Assembly (NCBI GenBank): GCA_964016885.1
Contig: OZ024744.1
Span: 73,470,001-73,534,000 of the forward strand
From: Eledone cirrhosa
Lineage: Eukaryota
Reading direction: 5' to 3'
DNA: 64,000 bases
Shown: piece by piece, positions 16,701 through 34,700 of the stretch
Layout: every line of letters starts with the position of its first letter
Numbering within the stretch: position 1 is the stretch's first letter
Program-made: the position numbers and the translations under genes
The notes under the pieces: generated by a model
What the model was told of the DNA's origin: nothing
The model's input: only the letters and a program-made list of their open reading frames with translations
Databases searched by the model: none

Positions 16701-19700
16701 AAACACTACCACCACAAACACTACCACCACAAACACTACCACCACAAACACTACCACCACAAACACTACCATCACAAACAATACCACCACAAACACTACC
16801 ACCACAAACACTACCACTACAAACACTACCACCACAAACACTACCACCACAAACACTACCACTACAAACACTACCACCACAAACACTACCATCACAAACA
16901 CTACCACCACAAACACTACCACCACAAACACTACCACCACAAACACTACCACCACAAACACTACCACCACAAACACTACCACCACAAACACTACCACCAC
17001 AAACACCACCACCACAAACACTACCACCACAAACACTACAACCACAAACACTACCACCACAAACACTACCATCACAAACACTACCACCTCAAACACTACC
17101 ACCACAAACACCACCACCACAAACACTACCACCACAAACACTACAACCACAAACACTACCACCACAAACACTACCACCACAAACACTACCATCACAAACA
17201 CTACCACCAGAAACCCTACCACCACAAACACTACCACCACAAACACTACCACCACAAACACTACCACCACAAACACTACCACCACAAACACTACCACCAC
17301 AAACACTACCACCACAAACACTACCACCACAAACACTACCACCACAAACACTACCATCACAAACACTACCACCACAAACACTACCACCACAAACACTACC
17401 ACCACAAACACTACCATCACAACCACTACCATCACAAACACTACCACCACAAACACTACCACCACAAACACTACCACCACAAACACCACCACCACAAACA
17501 CTACCACTACAAACACTACCACCACAAACACTACCATCACAAACACTACCATCACAAACACTACCACCACAAACACCACCACCACAAACACTACCACTAC
17601 AAACACTACCACCACAAACACTACCACCACAAACACTACCACCAGAAACCCTACCACCACAAACACTACCACCACAAACACTACCACCACAAACACTACC
17701 ACCACAAACAGTACCACCACAAACACTACCACCACAAACACTACCACCACAAACACTACCACCACAAACACTACCACCACAAACACCACCACCACAAACA
17801 CTACCACTACAAACACTACCACCACAAACACTACCATCACAAACACTACCATCACAAACACTACCACCACAAACACCACCACCACAAACACTACCACTAC
17901 AAACACTACCACCACAAACACTACCACCACAAACACTACCACCAGAAACCCTACCACCACAAACACTACCACCACAAACACTACCACCACAAACACTACC
18001 ACCACAAACAGTACCACCACAAACACTACCACCACAAACACTACCACCACAAACACTACCACCACAAACACTACCACCACAAACACTACCACCACAAACA
18101 GTACCACCACAAACACTACCACCACAAACACTACCACCACAAACACTACCACCACAAACACTACCACCACAAACACTACCACCACAAACACTACCACCAC
18201 AAACACTACCACCACAAACAGTACCACCACAAACACTACCACCACAAACACTACCACCACAAACACTACCACCACAAACACTACCAACACAAACACTACC
18301 ACCACAAACACTACCACCACAAACACTACCACCACAAACACTACCAAAACAAACACTACCACCACAAACACTACCACAACAAACACTACCACCACAAACA
18401 CCACCATCACAAACACTACCACCACAAACACTACCACCACAAACACTACCACCACAAACAGTACCACCACAAACACTACCACCACAAACACTACCACCAC
18501 AAACACTACCACAACAAACACTACCACCACAAACACCACCATCACAAACACTACCACCACAAACACTACCACCACAAACACTACCACCACAAACACTACC
18601 ATCACAAACACTACCACCACAAACACTACCACAACAAACACCACCATCACAAACACCACCATCACAAACACTACCACCACAAACACTACCACAACAAACA
18701 CCACCATCACAAACACCACCATCACAAACACTACCACCACAAACACTACCACAACAAACACTACCAGCACAAACACTACCACCACAAACACTACCATCAC
18801 AAACACTACCACCACAAACACTACCAGCACAAACACTACCACCACAAACACTACCATCACAAACACTACCACCACAAACACTACCAGCACAAACACTACC
18901 ACCACAAACACTACCACCACAAACACTACCACCACAGACACTACCACCACAAACACTACCACCACAAACACTACCACCACAGACACTACCACCACAAACA
19001 CTACCACAACAAACACCACCATCACAAACACCACCATCACAAACACTACCACCACAAACACTACCACAACAAACACCACCATCACAAACACCACCATCAC
19101 AAACATTACCACCACAAACACTACCACCTCAAACACTACCACTACAACCACTACCACCACAAACACTACCACCACAAACACTACCACCACAAACACTACC
19201 ACCACAAACACTGCCACCACAAACACTACCACCACAAACACTACCACCACAAACACTACCACCACAAACACTACCACCACAAACACTACCACCACAAACA
19301 CTACCACCACAACCACTACCACCTCAAACACTACCACCACAACCACTACCACCACAAACACTACCATCACAAACACTACCACCACAAACACTACCATCAC
19401 AAACACTACCACCACAAACACTACCACCACAAACACTACCACCACAAATATTACCACCACAAACACTACCAGCACAAACACTACCATCACAACCACTACC
19501 ACCACAAACACTACCACCACAAACACTACCACCACAAACACTACCATCACAAACACTACCACCACAAACACTACCATCACAAACACTACCATCACAAACA
19601 CTACCACCACAAACACTACCACCACAAACATTACCACCACAAACACTACCATCACAAACACTACCACCACAAACACTACCATCACAAACACTACCATCAC

Positions 19701-22700
19701 AAACACTACCACAACAAACACCACCACCACAAACACTACCATCACAAACACTACCATCACAAACACTACCACCACAAACACTACCACCACAAACACTACC
19801 ACCACAAACACTACCATCACAAACACTACCATCACAAAGACTACCACCACAAAGACTACCACCACAAACAATACCACTACAAACACTACCACAACAAACA
19901 CTACCATCACAAACACTACCATCACAAACACTACCACCACAAACACTACCACCACAAACACTACCATCACAAACACTACCATCACAAACACTACCATCAC
20001 AAAGACTACCACCACAAAGACTACCACCACAAACAATACCACTACAAACACTACCACAACAAACACTACCATCACAAACACTACCACCACAAACACTACC
20101 ACCACAAACACTACCACCACAAACACTACCACCACAAACATTACCACCACAAACACTACCACCACAAACACTACCACCACAAACACTACCACCACAAACA
20201 CTACCACCACAAACACTACCACCACAAACACTACCACCACAAACACTACCACCACAAACACTACCACCACAAACATTACCACCACAAACACTACCACCAC
20301 AAACACTACCACCACAAACACTACCACCACAAACACTACCACCACAAACACTACATTCACAAACACCACCATCACAACCACTACCACTACAAACACTACC
20401 ACCAGAAACACTACCACCATTAACACTACCATCACAAACACTACCACCACAAACACTACCACCACAAAAACTACCACCACAAACACTACCACTACAAACA
20501 CTACCATCACAAACACTACCACCACAAACACTACCATCACAAACACTACCACCACAAACACTACCACCACATACACTACCACCACAAATATTACCACCAC
20601 AAACACTACCAGCACAAACACTACCATCACAACCACTACCACCACAAACACTACCACCACAAACACTACCACCACAAACACTACCATCACAAACACTACC
20701 ACCACAAACACTACCATCACAAACACTACCATCACAAACACTACCACCACAAACACTACCACCACAAACATTACCACCACAAACACTACCATCACAAACA
20801 CTACCACCACAAACACTACCATCACAAACACTACCATCACAAACACTACCACAACAAACACCACCACCACAAACACTACCATCACAAACACTACCATCAC
20901 AAACACTACCACCACAAACACTACCACCACAAACACTACCACCACAAACACTACCATCACAAACACTACCATCACAAAGACTACCACCACAAAGACTACC
21001 ACCACAAACAATACCACTACAAACACTACCACAACAAACACTACCATCACAAACACTACCATCACAAACACTACCACCACAAACACTACCACCACAAACA
21101 CTACCATCACAAACACTACCATCACAAACACTACCATCACAAAGACTACCACCACAAAGACTACCACCACAAACAATACCACTACAAACACTACCACAAC
21201 AAACACTACCATCACAAACACTACCACCACAAACACTACCACCACAAACACTACCACCACAAACACTACCACCACAAACATTACCACCACAAACACTACC
21301 ACCACAAAGACTACCACCACAAACACTACCACCACAAACACTACCACCACAAACACTACCACCACAAACACTACCACCACAAACACTACCACCACAAACA
21401 CTACCACCACAAACATTACCACCACAAACACTACCACCACAAACACTACCACCACAAACACTACCACCACAAACACTACCACCACAAACACTACATTCAC
21501 AAACACCACCATCACAACCACTACCACTACAAACACTACCACCAGAAACACTACCGCCTTTAACACTACCATCACAAACACTACCACCACAAACACTACC
21601 ACCACAAAAACTACCACCACAAACACTACCACTACAAACACTACCATCACAAACACTACCACCACAAACACTACCATCACAAACACTACCACCACAAACA
21701 CTACCACCACAAACACCACCACCACAAACACTACCACTACAAACACTACCACCACAAACACTACCATCACAAACACTACCACCAGAAACCCTACCACCAC
21801 AAACACTACCACCACAAACACTACCACCACAAACACTACCACCACAAACACTACCACCACAAACACTACCATCACAAACAATACCACCACAAACACTACC
21901 ACCACAAACACTACCACTACAAACACTACCACCACAAACACTACCACCACAAACACTACCACTACAAACACTACCACCACAAACACTACCATCACAAACA
22001 CTACCACCACAAACACTACCACCACAAACACTACCACCACAAACACTACCACCACAAACACTACCACCACAAACACTACCACCACAAACACTACCACCAC
22101 AAACACCACCACCACAAACACTACCACCACAAACACTACAACCACAAACACTACCACCACAAACACTACCATCACAAACACTACCACCTCAAACACTACC
22201 ACCACAAACACCACCACCACAAACACTACCACCACAAACACTACAACCACAAACACTACCACCACAAACACTACCACCACAAACACTACCATCACAAACA
22301 CTACCACCAGAAACCCTACCACCACAAACACTACCACCACAAACACTACCACCACAAACACTACCACCACAAACACTACCACCACAAACACTACCACCAC
22401 AAACACTACCACCACAAACACTACCACCACAAACACTACCACCACAAACACTACCATCACAAACACTACCACCACAAACACTACCACCACAAACACTACC
22501 ACCACAAACACTACCATCACAACCACTACCATCACAAACACTACCACCACAAACACTACCACCACAAACACTACCACCACAAACACCACCACCACAAACA
22601 CTACCACTACAAACACTACCACCACAAACACTACCATCACAAACACTACCACCACAAACACTACCACCAGAAACCCTACCACCACAAACACTACCACCAC

Positions 22701-25700
22701 AAACACTACCACCACAAACACTACCACTACAAACACTACCACCACAAACACTACCATCACAAACACTACCACCAGAAACCCTACCACCACAAACACTACC
22801 ATCACAAACACTACCACCACAAACACTACCATCACAAACAGTACCACCACAAACACTACCACCACAAACACTACCACCACAAACACTACCACCACAAACA
22901 CTACCACCACAAACACTACCACCACAAACACTACCACCACAAACAGTACCACCACAAACACTACCACCACAAACACTACCACCACAAACACTACCACCAC
23001 AAACACTACCAACACAAACACTACCACCACAAACACTACCACCACAAACACTACCACCACAAACACTACCAAAACAAACACTACCACCACAAACACTACC
23101 ACAACAAACACTACCACCACAAACACCACCATCACAAACACTACCACCACAAACACTACCACCACAAACACTACCACCACAAACAGTACCACCACAAACA
23201 CTACCACCACAAACACTACCACCACAAACACTACCACAACAAACACTACCACCACAAACACCACCATCACAAACACTACCACCACAAACACTACCACCAC
23301 AAACACTACCACCACAAACACTACCATCACAAACACTACCACCACAAACACTACCACAACAAACACCACCATCACAAACACCACCATCACAAACACTACC
23401 ACCACAAACACTACCACAACAAACACCACCATCACAAACACCACCATCACAAACACTACCACCACAAACACTACCACAACAAACACTACCAGCACAAACA
23501 CTACCACCACAAACACTACCATCACAAACACTACCACCACAAACACTACCAGCACAAACACTACCACCACAAACACTACCATCACAAACACTACCACCAC
23601 AAACACTACCAGCACAAACACTACCACCACAAACACTACCACCACAAACACTACCACCACAGACACTACCACCACAAACACTACAACCACAAACACTACC
23701 ACCACAGACACTACCACCACAAACACTACCTCAACAAACACCACCATCACAAACACCACCATCACAAACACTACCACCACAAACACTACCACAACAAACA
23801 CCACCATCACAAACACCACCATCACAAACATTACCACCACAAACACTACCACCTCAAACACTACCACTACAACCACTACCACCACAAACACTACCACCAC
23901 AAACACTACCACCACAAACACTACCACCACAAACACTACCACCACAAACACTGCCACCACAAACACTACCACCACAAACACTACCACCACAAACACTACC
24001 ACCACAAACACTACCACCACAAACACTACCACCACAAACACTACCACCACAAACACTACCACAACAAACACCACCATCACAAACACCACCATCACAAACA
24101 CTACCACCACAAACACTACCACCACAAACACTACCACCACAAACACTACCACCACAAACACTACCACCACAAACACTACCACCACAAACACTACCACAAC
24201 AAACACCACCATCACAAACACTACCACCACAAACACTACCACCACAAACACTACCATCACAAACATTACCATCACAAACACTACCACCACAAACACTACC
24301 ACCACAAACACTACCACAACAAACACCACCATCACAAACACTACCACCACAAACAGTACCACCACAAACACTACCACCACAAACACTACCACCACAAACA
24401 CTACCACCACAAACACTACCACCACAAACACTACCACCACAAACACTACCATCACAAACACTACCATCACAAACACTACCACCACAAACACTACCACCAC
24501 AAACACTACCACCACAAACACTACCACCACAAAAACTACCACCACAAACACTACCACCACAAACACTACCACCACAAACACTACCACCACAAACACTACC
24601 ACCACAAACACTACCATCACAAACACCACCACCACAAACACTACCACCACAAACACTACCACCACAAACACTACCACCACAAACACTACCATCACAAACA
24701 CTACCATCACAAACACTACCACCACAAACACCACCACCACAAACACTACCACCACAAACACTACCAGCACAAACACTACCACCACAAACACTACCATCAC
24801 AACCACTACCATCACAAACACTACCACCACAAACACTACCACCACAAACACCACCACCACAAACACTACCACCACAAACACTACCACCTCAAACACTACC
24901 ACCACAACCACTACCACCTCAAACACTACCACCACAACCACTACCACCACAAACACTACCATCACAAACACTACCACCACAAACACTACCATCACAAACA
25001 CTACCACCACAAACACTACCACCACAAACACTACCACCACAAACATTACCACCACAAACACTACCAGCACAAACACTACCATCACAACCACTACCACCAC
25101 AAACACTACCACCACAAACACTACCACCACAAACACTACCATCACAAACACTACCACCACAAACACTACCATCACAAACACTACCATCACAAACACTACC
25201 ACCACAAATACTACCACCACAAACATTACCACCACAAACACTACCATCACAAACACTACCACCACAAACACTACCATCACAAACACTACCATCACAAACA
25301 CTACCACAACAAACACCACCACCACAAACACTACCATCACAAACACTACCATCACAAACACTACCACCACAAACACTACCACCACAAACACTACCACCAC
25401 AAACACTACCATCACAAACACTACCATCACAAAGACTACCACCACAAAGACTACCACCACAAACAATACCACTACAAACACTACCACAACAAACACTACC
25501 ATCACAAACACTACCATCACAAACACTACCACCACAAACACTACCACCACAAACACTACCATCACAAACACTACCATCACAAACACTACCATCACAAAGA
25601 CTACCACCACAAAGACTACCACCACAAACAATACCACTACAAACACTACCACAACAAACACTACCATCACAAACACTACCATCACAAACACTACCACCAC

Positions 25701-28700
25701 AAACACTACCACCACAAACACTACCACCACAAACACTACCACCACAAACATTACCACCACAAACACTACCACCACAAACACTACCACCACAAACACTACC
25801 ACCACAAACACTACCACCACAAACACTACCACCACAAACACTACCACCACAAACACTACCACCACAAACACTACCACCACAAACATTACCACCACAAACA
25901 CTACCACCACAAACACTACCACCACAAACACTACCACCACAAACACTACCACCACAAACACTACATTCACAAACACCACCATCACAACCACTACCACTAC
26001 AAACACTACCACCAGAAACACTACCACCATTAACACTACCATCACAAACACTACCACCACAAACACTACCACCACAAAAACTACCACCACAAACACTACC
26101 ACTACAAACACTACCACCACAAACACTACCACCACAAACACTACCATCACAAACACTACCACCAAAAACACTACCACCACAAACACCACCACCACAAACA
26201 CTACCACCACAAACACTACCACCACAAACACTACCACCACAAACACTACTACCACAAACACTACATTCACAAACACCACCATCACAACCACTACCACCAC
26301 AAACACTACCACCAGACACCCTACCACCACAAACACTACCATCACAAACACTACCACCACAAACACCTACCACCACAAAAACTACCACCACAAACACTAC
26401 CACTACAAACACTACCACCACAAACACTACCACCACAAACACTACCATCACAAACACTACCACCACAAACACTACCACCACAAACACCACCACCACAAAC
26501 ACTACCACCACAAACACTACCACCACAAACACTACCACCACAAACACTACCATCACAAACACTACCACCACAAACACTACCACCACAAACACCACCACCA
26601 CAAACACTACCACCACAAACACTACCATCACAAACACTACCACCACAAACACTACCACCACAAACACCACCACCACAAACACTACCACCACAAACACTAC
26701 CACCACAAACACTACCACCACAAACACCACCACCACAAACACTACCACCACAAAGACTACCATCACAAACACTACCACCACAAAGACTACCATCACAAAC
26801 ACTACCACCACAAACACTACCATCACAAACACTACCACCACAAACACTACCACCACAAACACCACCACCACAAACACTACCACCACAAACACTACCACCA
26901 CAAACACTACCAGCACAAACACCACCACCACAAACACTACCACCACAAAGACTACCATCACAAACACTACCACCACAAAGACTACCATCACAAACACTAC
27001 CACCACAAACACTACCATCACAAACACTACCACCACAAACACTACCACCACAAACACCACCACCACAAACACTACCACCACAAAGACTACCATCACAAAC
27101 ACTACCACCACAAAGACTACCATCACAAACACTACCACCACAAACACTACCACCACAAACACTACCACCACAAACACTACCACCACAAACACCACCACCA
27201 CAAACACTACCACCAGAAACCCTACCACCACAAACACTACCATCACAAACACTACCACCACAAACACCTACGACCACAAAAACTACCACCACAAACACTA
27301 CCACCACAAACACCACCACCACAAACACCTACCACCACAAAAACTACCACCACAAACACTACCACTACAAACACTACCACCACAAACACTACCACCACAA
27401 ACACTACCATCACAAACACTACCACCACAAACACTACCACCACAAACACCACCACCACAAACACTACCACCACAAACACTACCATCACAAACACTACCAC
27501 CACAAACACTACCACCACAAACACCACCACCACAAACACTACCACCACAAACACTACCACCACAAACACTACCACCACAAAGACTACCATCACAAACACT
27601 ACCACCACAAAGACTACCATCACAAACACTACCACCACAAACACTACCACCACAAACACTACCACCACAAACACTACCACCACAAACACTACCACCACAA
27701 ACACCACCACCACAAACACTACCACCACAAACACTACCACCACAAACACTACCACCACAAACACCACCACCACAAACACTACCACCACAAAGACTACCAT
27801 CACAAACACTACCACCACAAACACTACCACCACAAACACTACCACCACAAAGACTACCATCACAAACACTACCACCACAAACACTACCATCACAAACACT
27901 ACCACCACAAACACTACCACCACAAACACTACCATCACAAACACTACCACCACAAACACTACCATCACAACCACTACCACCACAAACACTACCACCACAA
28001 AAACTACCACCACCAACACTACCACTACAAACACTACCACCACAAACACTACCACCACAAACACTACCACCAAAAACACTACCACAACAAACACCACCAT
28101 CACAAACACTACCACCACAAACACTACCACCACAAAGACTACCATCACAAAGACTACCACCACAAACACTACCACCACAAACACTACCATCACAAACACT
28201 ACCACCACAAACACTACCACCACAAACACCACCACCACAAACACTACCACCACAAACACTACCACTACAAACACTACCACCACAAACACTACCACCACAA
28301 ACACTACCACCACAAACACTACCACCACAAACACTACCACCACAAACACTACCACCACAAACACTACCACCACAAACACCACCACCACAAACACTACCAT
28401 CACAAACACTACCACCACAAACACTACCATCACAAACACTACCACCACAAACACTACCACCACAAACACTACCATCACAAACACTACCACCACAAACACT
28501 ACCATCACAACCACTACCACCACAAACACTACCACCACAAAAACTACCACCACCAACACTACCACTACAAACACTACCACCACAAACACTACCACCACAA
28601 ACACTACCACCAAAAACACTACCACAACAAACACCACCATCACAAACACTACCACCACAAACACTACCACCACAAAGACTACCATCACAAAGACTACCAC

Positions 28701-31700
28701 CACAAACACTACCACCACAAACACTACCATCACAAACACTACCACCACAAACACTACCACCACAAACACCACCACCACAAACACTACCACCACAAACACT
28801 ACCACTACAAACACTACCACCACAAACACTACCACCACAAACACTACCACCACAAACACTACCACCACAAACACTACCACCACAAACACTACCACCACAA
28901 ACACTACCACCACAAACACCACCACCACAAACACTACCACCACAAACACTACCACCACAAACACTACCACCACAAACACTACCACCACAAACACTACCAC
29001 TACAAACACTACCACAACAAACACTACCATCACAAACACTACCACCACAAACACTACCACCACAAACAATACCATCACAAACACTACCACCACAAACACC
29101 ACCACCACAAACACTACCACCACAAACACTACCACCACAAACACTACCATCACAAACAGTACCACCACAAACACTACCACGACAAACACTACCACCACAA
29201 ACACTACCACCACAAACACTACCACCACAAACACTACCACCACAAACACTACCACCACAAACACTACCACCACAAACACTACCACCACAAACACTACCAC
29301 CACAAACACTACCACCACAAACACTACCACCACAAACACTACCATCACAAACACTACCATCACAAACACTACCACCACAAACACTACCACCACAAACACT
29401 ACCACCACAAACACTACCACCACAAACACTACGACCACAAACACTACCACAACAAACACTACCACCACAAACACTACCACCACAAACACTACCACTACAA
29501 ACACTACCACCACAAACACTACCATCACAAACACTACCACCACAAACACTACCACCACAAACACTACCACCACAAACAGTACCACCACAAACACTACCAC
29601 CACAAACACTACCACCACAAACACTACCACAACAAACACTACCACCACAAACACCACCATCACAAACACTACCACCACAAACACTACCACCACAAACACT
29701 ACCACCACAAACACTACCATCACAAACACTACCACCACAAACACTACCACAACAAACACCACCATCACAAACACCACCATCACAAACACTACCACCACAA
29801 ACACTACCACAACAAACACCACCATCACAAACACCACCATCACAAACACTACCACCACAAACACTACCACAACAAACACTACCAGCACAAACACTACCAC
29901 CACAAACACTACCATCACAAACACTACCACCACAAACACTACCAGCACAAACACTACCACCACAAACACTACCATCACAAACACTACCACCACAAACACT
30001 ACCAGCACAAACACTACCACCACAAACACTACCACCACAAACACTACCACCACAGACACTACCACCACAAACACTACCACCACAAACACTACCACCACAG
30101 ACACTACCACCACAAACACTACCACAACAAACACCACCATCACAAACACCACCATCACAAACACTACCACCACAAACACTGCCACAACAAACACCACCAT
30201 CACAAACACCACCATCACAAACATTACCACCACAAACACTACCACCTCAAACACTACCACTACAACCACTACCACTACCACCACAAACACTACCACCACA
30301 AACACTACCACCACAAACACTACCACCACAAACACTACCACCACAAACACTACCACCACAAACACTACCACCACAAACACTACCACCACAAACACTACCA
30401 CCACAAACACTACCACCACAAACACTACCACCACAAACACTACCACAACAAACACCACCATCACAAACACCACCATCACAAACACTACCACCACAAACAC
30501 TACCACCACAAACACTACCACCACAAACACTACCACCACAAACACTACCATCACAAACACTACCACCACAAACACTACCACCACAAACACTACCACCACA
30601 AACACTACCATCACAAACACTACCATCACAAAGACTACCACCACAAAGACTACCACCACAAACAATACCACTACAAACACTACCACAACAAACACTACCA
30701 TCACAAACACTACCATCACAAACACTACCACAACAAACACTACCATCACAAACACTACCACCACAAACACTACCACCACAAACAATACCATCACAAACAC
30801 TACCACCACAAACACCACCACCACAAACACTACCACCACAAAAACTACCACCACAAACACTACCATCACAAACAGTACCACCACAAACACTACCACGACA
30901 AACACTACCACCACAAACACTACCACCACAAACACTACCACCACAAACACTACCACCACAAACACTACCACCACAAACACTACCACCACAAACACTACCA
31001 CCACAAACACTACCACCACAAACACTACCACCACAAACACTACCACCACAAACACTACCACCACAAACACTACCATCACAAACACTACCATCACAAACAC
31101 TACCACCACAAACACTACCACCACAAACACTACCACCACAAACACTACCACCACAAACACTACGACCACAAACACTACCACAACAAACACTACCACCACA
31201 AACACCACCATCACAAACACTACCACCACAAACACTACCACCACAAACACTACCACCACAAACAGTACCACCACAAACACTACCACCACAAACACTACCA
31301 CCACAAACACTACCACAACAAACACTACCACCACAAACACCACCATCACAAACACTACCACCACAAACACTACCACCACAAACACTACCACCACAAACAC
31401 TACCATCACAAACACTACCACCACAAACACTACCACAACAAACACCACCATCACAAACACCACCATCACAAACACTACCACCACAAACACTACCACAACA
31501 ATCACCACCATCACAAACACCACCATCACAAACACTACCACCACAAACACTACCACAACAAACACTACCAGCACAAACACTACCACCACAAACACTACCA
31601 TCACAAACACTACCACCACAAACACTACCAGCACAAACACTACCACCACAAACACTACCATCACAAACACTACCACCACAAACACTACCAGCACAAACAC

Positions 31701-34700
31701 TACCACCACAAACACTACCACCACAAACACTACCACCACAGACACTACCACCACAAACACTACCACCACAAACACTACCACCACAGACACTACCACCACA
31801 AACACTACCACAACAAACACCACCATCACAAACACCACCATCACAAACACTACCACCACAAACACTACCACAACAAACACCACCATCACAAACACCACCA
31901 TCACAAACATTACCACCACAAACACTACCACCTCAAACACTACCACTACAACCACTACCACTACCACCACAAACACTACCACCACAAACACTACCACCAC
32001 AAACACTACCACCACAAACACTACCACCACAAACACTACCACCACAAACACTACCACCACAAACACTACCACCACAAACACTACCACCACAAACACTACC
32101 ACCACAAACACTACCACAACAAACACCACCATCACAAACACCACCATCACAAACACTACCACCACAAACACTACCACCACAAACACTACCACCACAAACA
32201 CTACCACCACAAACACTACCACCACAAACACAACCACCACAAACACTACCACAACAAACACCACCATCACAAACACTACCACCACAAACACTACCACCAC
32301 AAACACTACCATCACAAACACTACCATCACAAACACTACCACCACAAACACTACCACCACAAACACTACCACAACAAACACCACCATCACAAACACTACC
32401 ACCACAAACAGTACCACCACAAACACTACCACCACAAACACTACCACTACAAACACTACCACCACAAACACTACCACCACAAACACTACCACCACAAACA
32501 CTACCATCACAAACACTACCATCACAAACACTACCACCACAAACACTACCACCACAAACACTACCACCACAAACACTACCACCACAAAAACTACCACCAC
32601 AAACACTACCACCACAAACACTACCACCACAAACACTACCACCACAAACACTACCACCACAAACACTACCATCACAAACACCACCACCACAAACACTACC
32701 ACCACAAACACTACCACCACAAACACTACCATCACAAACACTACCATCACAAACACTACCACCACAAACACCACCACCACAAACACTACCACCACAAACA
32801 CTACCAGCACAAACACTACCACCACAAAGACTACCATCACAAACACTACCACCACAAACACTACCATCACAAACACTACCACCACAAACACTACCACCAC
32901 AAACACTACCATCACAAACACTACCACCACAAACACTACCATCACAACCACTACCACCACAAACACTACCACCACAAAAACTACCACCACCAACACTACC
33001 ACTACAAACACTACCACCACAAACACTACCACCACAAACACTACCACCAAAAACACTACCACAACAAACACCACCATCACAAACACTACCACCACAAACA
33101 CTACCACCACAAAGACTACCCTCACAAAGACTACCACCACAAAGACTACCACCACAAACACTACCATCACAAACACTACCACCACAAACACTACCACCAC
33201 AAACACCACCACCACAAACACTACCACCACAAACACTACCACTACAAACACTACCACCACAAACACTACCACCACAAACACTACCACCACAAACACTACC
33301 ACCACAAACACTACCACCACAAACACTACCACCACAAACACTACCACCACAAACACCACCACCACAAACACTACCACCACAAACACTACCACCACAAACA
33401 CTACCACCACAAACACTACCACCACAAACACTACCACTACAAACACTACCACAACAAACACTACCATCACAAACACTACCACCACAAACACTACCACCAC
33501 AAACAATACCATCACAAACACTACCACCACAAACACCACCACCACAAACACTACCACCACAAACACTACCACCACAAACACTACCATCACAAACAGTACC
33601 ACCACAAACACTACCACGACAAACACTACCACCACAAACACTACCACCACAAACACTACCACCACAAACACTACCACCACAAACACTACCACCACAAACA
33701 CTACCACCACAAACACTACCACCACAAACACTACCACCACAAACACTACCACCACAAACACTACCACCACAAACACTACCACCACAAACACTACCATCAC
33801 AAACACTACCATCACAAACACTACCACCACAAACACTACCACCACAAACACTACCACCACAAACACTACCACCACAAACACTACGACCACAAACACTACC
33901 ACAACAAACACTACCACCACAAATACCACCATCACAAACACTACCACCACAAACACTACCACCACAAACACTACCACCACAAACAGTACCACCACAAACA
34001 CTACCACCACAAACACTACCACCACAAACACTACCACAACAAACACTACCACCACAAACACCACCATCACAAACACTACCACCACAAACACTACCACCAC
34101 AAACACTACCACCACAAACACTACCATCACAAACACTACCACCACAAACACTACCACAACAAACACCACCATCACAAACACCACCATCACAAACACTACC
34201 ACCACAAACACTACCACAACAAACACCACCATCACAAACACCACCATCACAAACACTACCACCACAAACACTACCACAACAAACACTACCAGCACAAACA
34301 CTACCACCACAAACACTACCATCACAAACACTACCACCACAAACACTACCAGCACAAACACTACCACCACAAACACTACCAGCACAAACACTACCACCAC
34401 AAACACTACCACCACAAACACTACCACCACAGACACTACCACCACAAACACTACCACCACAAACACTACCACCACAGACACTACCACCACAAACACTACC
34501 ACAACAAACACCACCATCACAAACACCACCATCACAAACACTACCACCACAAACACTACCACAACAAACACCACCATCACAAACACCACCATCACAAACA
34601 TTACCACCACAAACACTACCACCTCAAACACTACCACTACAACCACTACCACCACAAACACTACCACCACAAACACTACCACCACAAACACTACCACCAC

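Larger units (their letters stand above)
16545..22650. repeat. ~1 kb block 16545-17550 repeated at 21645-22650 (offset 5,100 bp = 340 units)
   Basis: Matching lines 16681/21781, 16741/21841, 17041/22141, 17461/22561. Confidence 0.8.
12740..26160. repeat. Dispersed higher-order duplication: ~3.8 kb block 12740-16560 repeated at 22340-26160 (offset 9,600 bp = 640 units)
   Basis: Lines match at +9600: AAAACA 13471/23071, ACTGCC ~14351/~23951, ACATTC ~16363/~25963, ATTAAC ~16429/~26029. About six substitutions separate the copies. Confidence 0.88.

Noticed and set aside
26362-31971. Indels +1+1+1+6+6 sum to exactly one 15-bp unit
   Set aside because: No mechanism would conserve 15-bp phase over 5.6 kb; treated as coincidence.
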